Positions 51,232-63,278 of a stretch of 64,000 bases of DNA are shown piece after piece; position 1 is the stretch's first letter, and every line of letters begins with the position of its first letter. The notes beneath the pieces are model-generated. The model searched no databases. It was not told the origin of the DNA and was given only the letters and a program-made list of their open reading frames with translations. Location of the stretch: positions 2,418,001-2,482,000 of the forward strand of contig CM007992.1 in assembly GCA_002189035.1 (NCBI GenBank), given 5' to 3'. Source of the stretch: Utricularia gibba. Taxonomy: Eukaryota > Plantae > Magnoliophyta. The position numbers were made by a program, and so were the translations under genes.

Positions 51232-52483
51232 TTACATCAGACGACCAACATAACTAGCTCGAGGGTATTTTTGCTGCAGCTGCGGCCATTGCACAAATAT
51301 TTGATCAGCCATCCGAAGTTTATAAAGAAGCAAACAGCTCAAAGATAGTCTTTTTACTCTAGCAATGCTTTCAACGTAAAAAATCGACGACCATCTAATC
51401 CCCAGAACCTGAAATTCCATAAAAACAAGTTCAATAAGTCCAATTCTCTAAGCATACTGCGACAAACCAACAGTGAAAGAGATATGGACCTTGAAAAAGA
51501 ATGCAATGACGCAGAGTGGTATGCATGTTCCTGGTCCATTACATAGAATCTGCAGTTCAGAATGAGATGAGTCAAGGCATCAACGCAAAGATGAGTGAGT
51601 GATTAGCAGAAAAAGAAGATCACGAGGATAATGATACATTACCACTTGAGGTCTGGTCTTGATCATAAGCCATAGAGCATGGGCTAGAGCAAGCAATGTT
51701 GTGCCAACAGAAGTTATGTATGACTGCCCAACTTCCCGGCTTCGATATATTTGCAGAAAGTGGCAATCTTCAGCTGCCTAAAACAAACAAAATCCCATCT
51801 TTTAATGATATTCTATCCAAGAATTTTGAAGAGAATGCAAGGAGATGAAGATGGAGGCTTTTCACAGCATCCTCCATCAGAGTAGGCCATCTTTGCACAC
51901 AATGAACGCTCAACTACCAAACTAGGCCAGATAGCCGAAGAACTCCACTGTCTCAAGCTCATATCCAAAACCTTGAAGATTCGAAATAGGAACATGAATT
52001 TTACCCTGTCTGAAAATGATTCCTCAAACGCACGAGCCTTTTGAAAGCTCATTTTATCAGTGGCAGCGGCGATATAATACCTGGGCTTAAACCTACTCAT
52101 CTGCAGAACAGCCAGTAGATTCAGCATTTCTGCAGTATGGCCACCTGTACCAGAAAACAACTACCCAGATCAGAAAAAGACAGAAACAATCTCATCGTTA
52201 AAATCTAAAATTACAGCATTGGATGCCCAACAGGATGTAGAATCACAATAAAGGGTTATACTCATCGATTTAAAGACGCAGAAGAGTAATTACCCGAACC
52301 CAGAATAACTAAGATGCTGAGGGGTCCTGATGGGTGAGCGCCCATAGGTTTGCTACTCCGATGTATAACATGCATAACTCGAATAGAAATCAAAGTCAAA
52401 GCTCCGACGATGAGCAAAGCTAAAACTTTGAAATGGATCAATTCGTGGAAAATCAACAAGGCTTCGAAGGAGCAGAGATTCAT
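51232..52483 (-). CDS. ALG14: UDP-N-acetylglucosamine transferase subunit ALG14, 233 aa, 5 exons
   Basis: Exons 52483-52294, 52144-52005, 51777-51643, 51549-51490, 51408-51232; GT-AG, 702 nt. Motifs VILGSGGHTAEM, QIYRSREVGQS, ILCNGPGTC, FYVESIARV, VQWPQL. An in-frame upstream ATG exists at 52645. Confidence 0.95.
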
Positions 52484-54559
52484 TCCGAATTGGCGAGATA
52501 AGAATGCACAGACGATGGACCCTTGTTCCAACGGAATCGTCACCGGCGAAAAAAAAGTGGGCGACTCGTTTGACCGGAATGGCGCAAGACAGAACTTTTT
52601 TTCCTTTTCGTTTGTTGGAATTTTTTTTATTTTCTTGTTTGCCATAAAAATTCTCGTTTCTCACTTGCACATGTTTTTGGTTTTTTTTCTCAAATTGGTT
52701 AGTTATCTTCCCCACCCATTTGCCTGTCTAGCTGCTTGCTTGATGACTATATCATCTTGAGACCTCTAGAATGGGTCAAATAATATCTTATTTTTATCGG
52801 AAATGATTTTAATGAGATGCTAACCTCATAGAAGTTTCAGCTCATATCCTTGTCATTGAGGCCTCGTTGTGGCGATACCTCCTCCGGTGTTCGTTGTATG
52901 ACCTCCTTGGAGGATACTTTCTCAAGTGTTTGTTGTATAGTCTCATTGGGCGATGTTGATAGACAAAAGATGGTATCAACTCTGAAACAATAGTGTATAA
53001 GAAAAAAAACAGTAACATAACAAGCTTTGCATTGAAGAAAGAAGCCAAAAGCGAATAGAATTTTTTTAATGGAAAAAGTCATTCTTACAATCAGGATTCA
53101 TCGGGTCGTCCTCTTTCAACGATTGCGGAAATTTCGTCCCTTAACAACATTCAAATTTTACAATGTTAACTTCCAACTTAACATCAACTCAGTCCAACAC
53201 ATGCACCTTTTCACTTGTCCAATTGGTATCTTTGAGATACCTCGCAAATCCCTAAACTCGATCCGCTTCAACTAAGAGAAAAACACTCAACTTTCTTGAC
53301 AGACGTCTCCTCAGATTTTCGTTACATTGGACGATGCATAAACAGAAAGTGTCCCGAGCATTTTCTTTTTGGTGTGTCTGTAGTTCAAATCTTGTTCTCT
53401 TTGCAATTTGGTTTACGTCACAACATTCTTCACAATGCTATTTACAAATAATTGTAAAATCACAAAAATGAAACTTTAACTAAATGATATCATTCAATTT
53501 GAGAGGTGGAAGTGAATTTTAAATATAAAAACATGTCAATTACTAATGGTTAATTTAAGATTATAAAAACATTTTCAAGATAATTGTATGATTAATTTTG
53601 AATTTTTATTTAAAATAAAAATATCACATACAAATTTAAATGCCAACTCTCATGTATTTTTATTTAAATTCAATTTTTGAATTATAATAAATATGATTTA
53701 TATAAAATATCACATTCCTATCGTTTTTATAAAATCATACGCACAACTTTTTGGCATCATCCATATCGAATGGGTTATTGGAAAATATAGCCACCATACA
53801 ATCCATAGCTTAGAAATCTACCTTTTGCATCTAATATAATAAAATGTATCTATCTTAGGTTGAAAATGAAAAATGTACTAATTAACATAACTCAAATGTA
53901 ATTTATTTTTCATGAGTTAGCAACCAGGTTTTCTTATATTCAAATTTATTATTTTAACATTCTCTCTTATATTAAATTAAGTAGAAAACCCAAAAAATGG
54001 GGAAATGTGACTTCCTTTAGTCAGATGTGGTTCTTACTGATAAAAGTGCTTCGTATTGGCACCACCTATTGAGGGTGTACGTGCTACCCTATGCTATAGT
54101 TGGTATATGTTCTTAGCTCCTATCACGTAGTTCGTCGAACATTATTCTTTGATGGAGTTTCTCATTGGAATTAAACAGCAATTAAATGAAAACTGTTATC
54201 TCTGCAAATAGCCTCTTGGCACTTGTTCGCTATCGATTAAAGCCAAAATTAAAAACCAAAGATTAAAAGTAACATGAATAGGAAAAGTAAACAACAAGGG
54301 AAAAAGTAGACTTCGGAAAAAAATGTAGTTATGAAATCAGAAATTCTGGAATAAAGAGTAGAGTAAAGCATAACAAACTTGTTTTTATCTAGTGACAAAT
54401 AAACCAGAATGCTCCGTGTGGTTATGGTGGCTCCTAAGTGCTCAAATCTATGGGTACATCACATCAACCTCTTCCATAATTCTCAAGAGCATAACCCTGT
54501 TGAAAACATTTGAGACACTGGATTTTACCATAAACCCCAACTCTTATACCATTGACCCC

Positions 54560-55610
54560 TGCCACCGGCCCCATCGGTGCACGTAGAAGAATTCACCGGC
54601 TATACAAGGTTTACCTCCCTTATTTGCTTTATCAATGATGATCACTACTGCAGTTAGGAACATTTTGGTGATGACATAAGATCCATTTCATCTTGATTTT
54701 AACTTCCTTGGAAGCAAATAAAACTGTTAATTAAAAAGAGGAACTTTATAACCTTCAAGGAACTCCTTCCACTGCATGTAATAGTCACACCACAATTTAT
54801 TTTGTTTCTTATAGAGTTTTTAATTTTTGTAAGTTTCCAATTCATTTTATCTAGCTTATATAATTGCAAGGTTCATTATTCCATTGGCTTTTTACCATCC
54901 ATATTCATTTATTTTGATCCCCTAATGTACCTTGTGTTCTAGCTCACCAATAAATGACAAGTCTTTCTATACGCTAGGCGACATGTGGTGGTGTTCAATG
55001 GTGTTTTGTCTGATGTTCTATAGACCCACAATGTTTTATTGAGCTTGTTGGCTCAATCTTTTCCAGATTTTGCTACTTTTCGTTGAAGGATGTGTTTCAA
55101 CACTCGACTAGTCACCTCACCTATCTGAAAGACTATGGATAGATAAGTTTGGAGACTCTATGCGTAACTCTGAACTTGCAAATAAGTTTCGTGAACTCTT
55201 TTTCCATAAACTTTTTAACCCCATTACTAATGACAAACCTCATGGCTCCAAAGCATGATAAAATGGTTTGTTTCAATAATTTGACAACTAATTTACTATC
55301 TATTGTGGAAATTGCTATTACCTCCACAAATGTTGACACATAATTCACAACTAAAAAAATATGTGTATCCTAGTATGAGGATGGAAACGGTTCCATGAAG
55401 TTCAAGTTCCATACATCTAAGACTTTGACCACTAGTATGTTTACTATGTTGGAGTGTCATTTAATGTTGTGTTTAAAGTTGACATTCAATTTGTCATGTT
55501 GTGGCTATATAAATAAGGGTAATAATGAATGTAAGGAGGTGACTCTGTCCTTCAATGATTGAAGACTATTTCTCATACTGATTGTTCTTCGAGTTCATCC
55601 TCAAGCTCAG
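54560..55610 (-). mobile_element. Gypsy/Athila pol (integrase) remnant
   Basis: NYVSTFVEVIA..DSKLVVKLLKQTILSCFG..VISNG..VTHRV, then LNKTLWVYRT..KTP..RLAYRKTCHL, matching Athila integrase. Degenerate. Confidence 0.8.
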
Positions 55611-55614
55611 AAAT

Positions 55615-56440
55615 TGATAAACGAAAATTCCTAATGTCATTGTAAAATTCAAATTTTCGTATCAAATAAATTTATAATCCCTAATCCTCATAAAATATAA
55701 ATTAAACACAAAATATAAAATGGAATTCAAGGTCGATCATAAGGACCAAGTGCTTGTTGTGTGTTTTAGCAAATGCAGGATTACGAAATATACGTGGTAC
55801 TCTTAATCCAAGGTTAGACTAACAATGGTAGATAAGTTCAGTAATTAAGTACAAAATAATACTAGGATGCCTCAAGATGATGTAGGTGATGTGGTACTAA
55901 GGTCTCTAATTTAATTTATAATGTTTCTATGATCACAACTTCAAATAACTGAAATCTACCTAGGTCATTTGTCATATTTTTTTATTAACATAGTCCTGGA
56001 TTTCATTACCCATCATACACTTAGGTGTATCTATGTGCAAAATATGTAGAACTAGGTATATCCAACTCTACTGGTTTTACCCAGGATTAACATCTACTAT
56101 TCCCGCCTTGATTTGTTGGTCTATCTTTAAATCAAGTATTTGAGTTGCGAAGCTGTTCATTCCTCCCCTTAGGTCTATTCGAGAAATGATAGAAACGAAA
56201 GCTAAGATACAATCATAGATAACTTAGAACTCCTAAACTACATCACCATTCTACATCTTAAGTCATCCTTAAAGTTTAACCACTTATGTTCAAGAGATAA
56301 AACATGATTTCATGAATATAATTTGAAGAAAGCATCTCAAACATTGTTAAACAGACAGCCATGGCGAAATAGTAAGCAAAAAAATTAAAAAAAGTAGAAT
56401 AATCTTGTTCTCCATCTACTACTATTCAAAGCACGGAACA
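55615..56440 (-). mobile_element. Partial family-A LTR
   Basis: Starts TGATAAACG and follows family A for about 800 bp, then passes into unrelated LTR-like sequence (~56450-57420). No matching end or TSD found. Confidence 0.7.
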
Positions 56441-58723
56441 ATAGTATTAAACTGGGTGCTAACTTGCATGCAAAGGAAAGTTGATGGCACACGTAAGACA
56501 GAAGGAACGATGGGAAGAGGTCTAGAAGAAGTTAATGGACGAGGGGAGTAAGATAAAACCAATTTGGAACAATGACTTCTGGACTTTCGACATTTTCTTT
56601 TGAGACTTAGAACTTTTGGGTTCTTCTTCTCCTTCAAGGAGGAAGAACATTTGGCTCTCCTTTTAGTTTTCTGTTTTCATAGCCCTTTGTGGCAAACTCT
56701 TTTAGTCTCTGGGAGTAGAGGAAGTTTTCTTCCAAGATTTGAGCACTAAACTCGGTTCTTCATTGAATTCATTCCGAATTTTGCATACTTCCATACGTCT
56801 TGTTGTAGTCATTCTATAACGACTCCTAATCACGATCTACGAGTAGCAGGTCACTCCTCGTGGGTCTTGATGAAGAGCAAGGTGAAGAGCACCAACTCCA
56901 ACCCTACTGGTTTGAGGGAAGTAGCGAATTGTTCGTAATTGAGGTATCGCGACAGTGGATGAGTAGTGACCTTGTACTCGCCACTGGTCATTGGCAGCAT
57001 GTGTACAATTCGGTTTTGAAGGCAATCGACGACAATCCTCTTGTCTTCTCAATCATCCAAGGGGGAATCAAATGAGGCTATTCCATTGCCTCCTTGTCAA
57101 TCAGATTGTAAAGTAGAGTAGGTTATTCCTTGCTCTTATAACTAACTATTCGGAAGGAATCAATGAAAGCCGAAGCAAGGATAGACAAAAGGAGGAAACA
57201 GAATCCATTTCCCAGGAATTGTAACCCTTAGTCAAAGTCAATTACTTAGGTTGTATATTTTATTCTTGTACCTCTAAAATCCCCTTTTACAAATCAGTGA
57301 CAATTTGTGAAAGTTTTCTACAAAATACTTTTCGCAAAACTCAACTCCCTAAGATCGATACTCATACTACACTCTTTTATGTTTTACGTTTTATATATTT
57401 AAAATTTGTTGAGGAAACGACATGCAACATGTGTCCTCCTAGAAGTAGAATTTTGATTTCATAAGAAATCATTTCTTCTTGTTGAAGTTAATGTTCAAAT
57501 GCAAGACTCCTCCTATGAGGTAATAGACACTATCTACATATCATGAAAGATCTTTCCATTGTGCAACTAGCATCCTCTTAATTACAACATTTTGTTCATG
57601 TTTTTATGATATAAATTTAATATGCTTAGTAGTGAAAATAGTTTTATGTGTGATTTTTCATATTTTAATAGACATAGTACTATTTATATTTGTTAAGGGT
57701 GGAAATCGGTCTCCGAGTTGGGGCCGATTTTTGGGTTATAAATGCGATCGGAAATATCGTGTCTTTTTATGATTTTTGGCGATTTGTTCGATCTGATTGA
57801 AAGAAATAAGGGCAGGCAGAGGTTTTTACGTGGAAATCACCGTAAGAAGGAAAAAACCACGGAGCTGTCGGAGCTCGTCGGAAAAATTCCTTACTAGACG
57901 GAGGTGGTGAAGATATAGGTTGGGAGGCTTAGGGTCGAACCCTTTTTCCTTCGGATCTTCTCCTATTTATAGGTGAGGTCAATCTGTCCGAATCCTCACT
58001 TCTGCAGGTGTCGGTTACTTTTGCGTATGCTATGCGATCTTGCTTTTCAGATATTGACCGCTTGTTTTGTTGTAATTCGGCTGCTTTTCAAACTGTGTCA
58101 TATGGCCACCGCTGTCAAATTTCTGGCACATATCAGTCTATCGACTGGCGTTATCCTATCAGGGCTCCTTTTAGCAGCCTTTCAGAAATCGATTATCCTC
58201 AGCCGATTTATACCCCATCATTCAGCCGCTCTGATCCACCAGCATTGGCCTTTTCAAGGCAAGTCGGTGGATCAGAACTACAACTATACTGGTTGGGGAT
58301 ATACTACTTTTCTAGGGGAGAAATCTCAAACCCATTTAGTACGATTTCATTGCCACGTGTCACCTCCTGATCATGCCATGTCTTTTCTCGCTCATTTTGG
58401 GCACCTCAAACGTAGCGTCGTTTCATCTCCCAAGTACCTTTTCTATAAGTACATGCCTCTCCCGTCGCTTCTCCCCTTTGCTTCCTCTGTTCACTTGCGA
58501 GATTTTAGCGCCATCCGTGCTCCGTTGCGCTCGTCTGCCATCGCCGCTGTCGTGAAAACCATCAGAAACTGCACATTTTCAGGTACCAGTTTGCGTTTCC
58601 TCTTCCTATTCGCTTTCTTTGGGTTTTGCCGGAGCCACCGCCCCCTCTTTCTCTTCCTAGTCTTCTCCCTTTGGCCAAATTTCGCCCAGTTCTTATGCAA
58701 GCCTTCCCTTCTGATTTCTAAAA

Positions 58724-60556
58724 ATGATTAGGAGGTCTAGTGGATTGGACATCCCCTCTCTCCGTATTCGGTACTCGATTCCCGAGGAGTACATAGTTTC
58801 TCACGCTCGAGATACTGAGATCCCTTGGGGATTGGGTGAAAGCCCCCGATACTCACCATGATTGTTGGTCTTCTTTCGTTTGGGTGGCACCTCCTTTGGG
58901 TTTTTGGTGGAACTTCCTGAATGATCCCCGACGCCTTTCCGAGTAAAGCTCTCCGGTGCATATCGGTCTTCTTCAGAATCCCGTGAAATTCTTTATGAAA
59001 GACTCAGCCGGGGTTCTATCCGTTTTGAATCTAGTGCCCTTATGTTTTCGGGTGAGTCGCTGAAGAGATCAAATATCATTGGCCGTTCTCACGATCCTCA
59101 TTGGCCTGATATTGTGCCTTCCGAGGGTTCCGGTTTACAAACTTTGCCCCCTCATTCCCCTTCGAATCTTCGCCTTGTTCCTGCTTCAACTCCGTCTTCC
59201 TCAACTACTCAACCCGCGGCCCCCAGAAAAAGAAAAGGGTAAAGGCAACCGCCCATAAACCTTCTGCGAGGCAGCAAGGTAGTTAGGTTCCGTTTTTCCG
59301 AGTTTCAGATTCGGTGTGGGGTCTTGCGATTTTCCCGCTTTACGTTTGCAACTGACGATATGGCCCGAAGGAGTGCCTTGGAGGATTCGATGATGGCCCG
59401 CTTTTCTGCTAAAATGCAGAGGATGCAGGGATTGGAAGCGGCTCATCCTGTACAGGTCTATCTTACATTTATCGGTCACCGTAGGTTTCCGATTTTACCT
59501 CTTCCAATTCTTCCTCCAGGTCAGTTCGCCTGAAAACCGCCCGAATGCTGAGGGTCACTCTGTCGAGGAGGTTCAAATGATAGCGGCGTCCGGGGCTCGG
59601 GATTCGAATTCTCCCCCCCCCCCCACCGGAAAAGGGAAAGAAAAGGTACCTCCTTCGCCTGGTCTCAACGAAGCCCTAGTTCTCGGTACGGGGCTTTCGG
59701 CGAGCGCTTTTACATCGGCTCCCCCAAGTGAGGAAGATGAGGATCAGGCTCCGATAGAGATAGAGGACAACCAAACGCTCCCTCCAACTTTGGTTCCGAC
59801 TGAATAAAAGAGGATGCTGGATGAAGTTGTACCGAGCCTTCCGGACGTTCAGCCGGAAGTAATACTTAAGGAGATTTGGCAGGTACTAATCTTCTGCCTT
59901 CTCAGTGCCATTCATAGCTTATTTCCAACTTAATAGTGTTTTTTCAGGCCTTGACTTTTAGATGGGGACTGGCCAAGAAAGTTGAGTCTCAACCCGCGGA
60001 GGTTGTTTGGCTTTAAAAGCAGGTGAAGGCTCAAGATGCCAAGATGAAGTTAATGGCTGAGGAAGGGAGTTCTCTGCAGAGCATCCTCGGAAAGTGTGAT
60101 CGTCGGGAGGGAGAGTTGCAAAACGTGATCAAGGAGATGGGGAAGGTGGTTGACGACGCCCAATTGGAGAGGGAAGGCTTCAAGGTTAGGTTCGAGGAGG
60201 CCGAATAGGAGTTGAAGTGGGCACAGAAGCGCATTTCGGTACTCGAGACGGAGTTACACCACCACAAATCATCTCGGCAGGAGCTCCTCACCGATTTTGT
60301 TAACTCGGCTTGCTTTTCCGAGTTATCAGATATCTATACTAGAGATCTAATCGACTTGCTCCTATATCGGCAAAGGCGACAAATCAGCCGAGAATTCAGG
60401 TTAGCGATCACGGATCCGCGTATTGACAGGGTCGATCCCTTGAGGAAAGACGAGAACATGCTGGATGTTATCGCAGATGTGTATCCAGCTCCTGAATTCG
60501 AATTCGAAGTAGATCGGGAGCAACTGATAGCACTCATCCGGGCAAGGATCGGGTGA
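58724..60556 (+). pseudogene. Spliced antisense ORF of the Tat element (N-terminal gypsy-aORF-like motif, basic cluster, C-terminal coiled coil), now decayed
   Basis: ATG 58724 gives MIRRSSGLDIPSLRIRYSIPEEY. GT-AG introns 59456-59519 and 59883-59947 each rejoin adjacent ORFs in frame. Probable third intron 59279-59351 with a mutated acceptor. In-frame stops at 59805, 60014 and 60206; ends TGA 60556. Confidence 0.72.
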
Positions 60557-61499
60557 GAGAACAAAGCCAAGTTGCGAGCAAGGCTAGAGGGGCATGTCGG
60601 CCCCACTATTGATCCTCCTACTAATCCCCCGCCACCCCTGAACTTTAGTTTTTCCTTACTTTTCCTCCGCTCCCCTGGAGCTAACATTTTTGTCCCCGGT
60701 TTGGGGGTTTTTGGATATTTTGGGAGTCTCGATTTGGGATTACTTCCTTTACCTTCCTTATTTTGGCCAGATTGCCTTCTATTTTTACCGGTTATTCCAG
60801 TCTACGAAACACATGGTTTGTTCGGCTAGTTATTTAGTTGGAATTTCGTGCCTGAGTATTCGTTACGAATGGATCCTCGCCTTGGTTGAGTTATCTTCTC
60901 ATCTCGGATAGGTCCTCTTGGGCAAGGTCCAAGCCTTTGGGATATATTCGGACTTGTTTCAGGTGCGTTTACCATATCTGGATTGAGGAGCACGGGCTCT
61001 GCGTAGAGCTTTCTGAGGGGTTTTTCAGTGCTTATGCGAACGGTTTGAGGAAACCGATTATCCGAGTTGTAATAGGGGTTACCCTTATTATTGGAGTCTA
61101 GACTTCTTGGATCACATATTTCGGGGAGAGCCCCGAGTTGGTTTGCTGTACCCATAGCGAGGCTTAGGTTTGGAGGGTTCGCCTAGGCTTTTGCGAGCCG
61201 GGGGATAGGTGTCTTTTTGCCAGCCCTTTGGTCGGGCTTTTGATTTTGGTTTGCCTTAATATTACCTTACGCGAGCTGAACCATTGCTAGGGAAGTAGAC
61301 CAAGACCCCTCATGGGTCGAGTGACTTCCCCAATCCGAACGGGCCCTCTTCTGGCCGAAATCCCATTGTTTTGAAGATGGGTGGATTTGCTTAGGGTGCT
61401 CTTGCCGTCTCAAGATTTCGGCGGTAAGGTTGGTACTTAAGGGGAAGCAACAGTTTACCTGAGTTGAACTCTAAATTCCCCCTGGTCTTGATCTCTGTA

Positions 61500-62959
61500 G
61501 GAAAAAAAAAAAGGGAAAAGAGAGAATGAAAAGAAAAGAAAAAAAAACAATAGTGACAATCAGCACTCTTTGGAGATAAGCACATGCCATTTTTGCTCAT
61601 TTAATCTTCGAATGCACCTTTCAGGATGAAATTGTCATGTATGCTTGAGTGGCACCCTTACATGCACACTAGCACCCCTACAACTCATGCGTTTTTAGCT
61701 GAATGTTAAGCATCCACATTGCTCTGTAGGAGATTCATTGACTATTTACCTCCTGTTAGTCTTAGTTAGGATTTGAGGACAAGTCTAGTGTCGTTGTAGC
61801 ATAATGTGATAACACATATTTTTGAGTGGCTCAATGCATGGAATTTACTTATTTTGTGCTATAAAAATTAAGCTTAATTGCGTTTTTCTATATTTTTGCA
61901 CATAAGTACCGTAGGAGTGCACTTTTAGTCTTAGTTGGGACTAAATTGCAAACCTTCTAACAGTTCCCTTCGAGTAATGCAGCATAGGTCGCAACACAAA
62001 TCCCAAGGAGCCGAATATGAACAGTGTGGTGGCAGAGAAGGTGACAGAAGTCAGAAAAAGAGTACACACAAAGTCCACGAAGGTGAAAAAGGGAGATTTT
62101 GGACAAAAAGGGAGAAAAGGTGGAGAGAGAAGGTAGATCTCCCCTTGGAGACTCACGAACAACTTTCTGGAGAAGGTTTTATGGGGAGGAAGACGAACAG
62201 GAACTAAGCTCATGCTTGAAGATTGTTTTCTGTTTTCCAAGGATTATTACTCCTAGCTAGATTAGCTAGCGACGTTTTCTAACTTTATGTCGAACATTTC
62301 AGTTTCCTGCTTGTTTATCTTCTAGTAGTCGACTGAGACATAAGTGCATTGTGGATGATGTTTTCTTTTCTATTTTTGTTTGTCTCAAGTATGAGTGGCT
62401 AAGTAATTAGGGGGTGCCTTGGGGTGAAAGGGGAGAAACATGTTAATCAATTTTTAGATCTAAACAGCCATAAGTCACGCCACTTCCTTAACAAAGCAGG
62501 ATAGAACAACCCTAATTAGAGGGTAGTAGTGAAACCCAACTTAACAACCCTAATTAGAGGTAGAACAAAGATAAGGGGGAAAAACAAGAGTTCGGGTAGA
62601 CCTAGACCTTGTGAGTTAGTTGTATGATTTGTGGTTCGTATGAGCTTGTTTGGTGATAAGCATACATCCCCTAGGAGTCTCAAGGCATCACCCATTTCAT
62701 TTCAGAAACAACCGAACTCCAGAACGTATTACTTTTCTTTACTGTATTTCGTTTCAGTTCTGCCTTAGTCCTAGCTAAGACCAATTTTACCAGCGTGACA
62801 TTAATTTCATGCATTAACTTTCACATAGCAAGCACCTACTCTTTGTGTTCGACCCTAATCACTATGCTCATAATTGTTTTATGCTTGAAGGTGTATTAGG
62901 TTATAAATTTATTTGATAGGAAGATTTACATTTACAAAGTGTAAATTTTTCGTTTATCA
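61500..62959 (+). mobile_element. 3' end of a family-B (Athila-like) element: 3' UTR plus 3' LTR (61807-62959)
   Basis: LTR TGATAACAC...CGTTTATCA is the reverse complement of the family-B copies. Flanks TAATG/CTCAT do not match. Preceded by TTGAGGACAAG (Athila-like pre-PPT motif) and A-rich UTR-like sequence. Confidence 0.82.
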
Positions 62960-63278
62960 CTCATTTTAGTAGCCTTTCAGAAGCTGATTATCCTCAGCCG
63001 ATTTATACCCCATCAATATTTGTACATAAACGTAGACTAAATCACTGATTCAATTCATCTTATGTTTTCTGATATTTACTTAATTGTTAGCAACGATGTC
63101 ATGGAACAAATCAACCTTAAAAAATATACACAACGTCATTGAGTCATGATAAACAAGCAGGGGAGACAATGGAATATTTAGCCACCGACAATCTCTAGCT
63201 TCAAGGGACAATGGATGCTTTGCAAAAGTGAAAGAAATGAGAATAGAGGATGGATATTTTTTTCTGGACAATCAACAC

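Larger units (their letters stand above)
57691..63015 (-). mobile_element. Gypsy Tat/Retand-type retrotransposon, gag-pol deleted, retaining the antisense ORF region
   Basis: 3' LTR 57691-58220 (minus: TGATGGGG...CTTAACA) with degenerate PPT GAGCGGCTGAA. The outer 56 bp of the 5' LTR (62960-63015) match 58165-58220 at 51/56. Perfect TSD ATATT. Possible integrase C-terminal trace (EGPF) near 61330-61360. Confidence 0.85.

Noticed and set aside
52837-53450. Short minus-strand ORF with an imperfect 13-aa repeat and adjacent coding-like sequence
   Set aside because: Only two diverged units and no identifiable family; left unassigned.
57973-58731. 252-aa ORF
   Set aside because: Spans LTR, PPT and leader of the Tat element, has no recognisable motif, and is most simply a chance open frame in GC-richer DNA.
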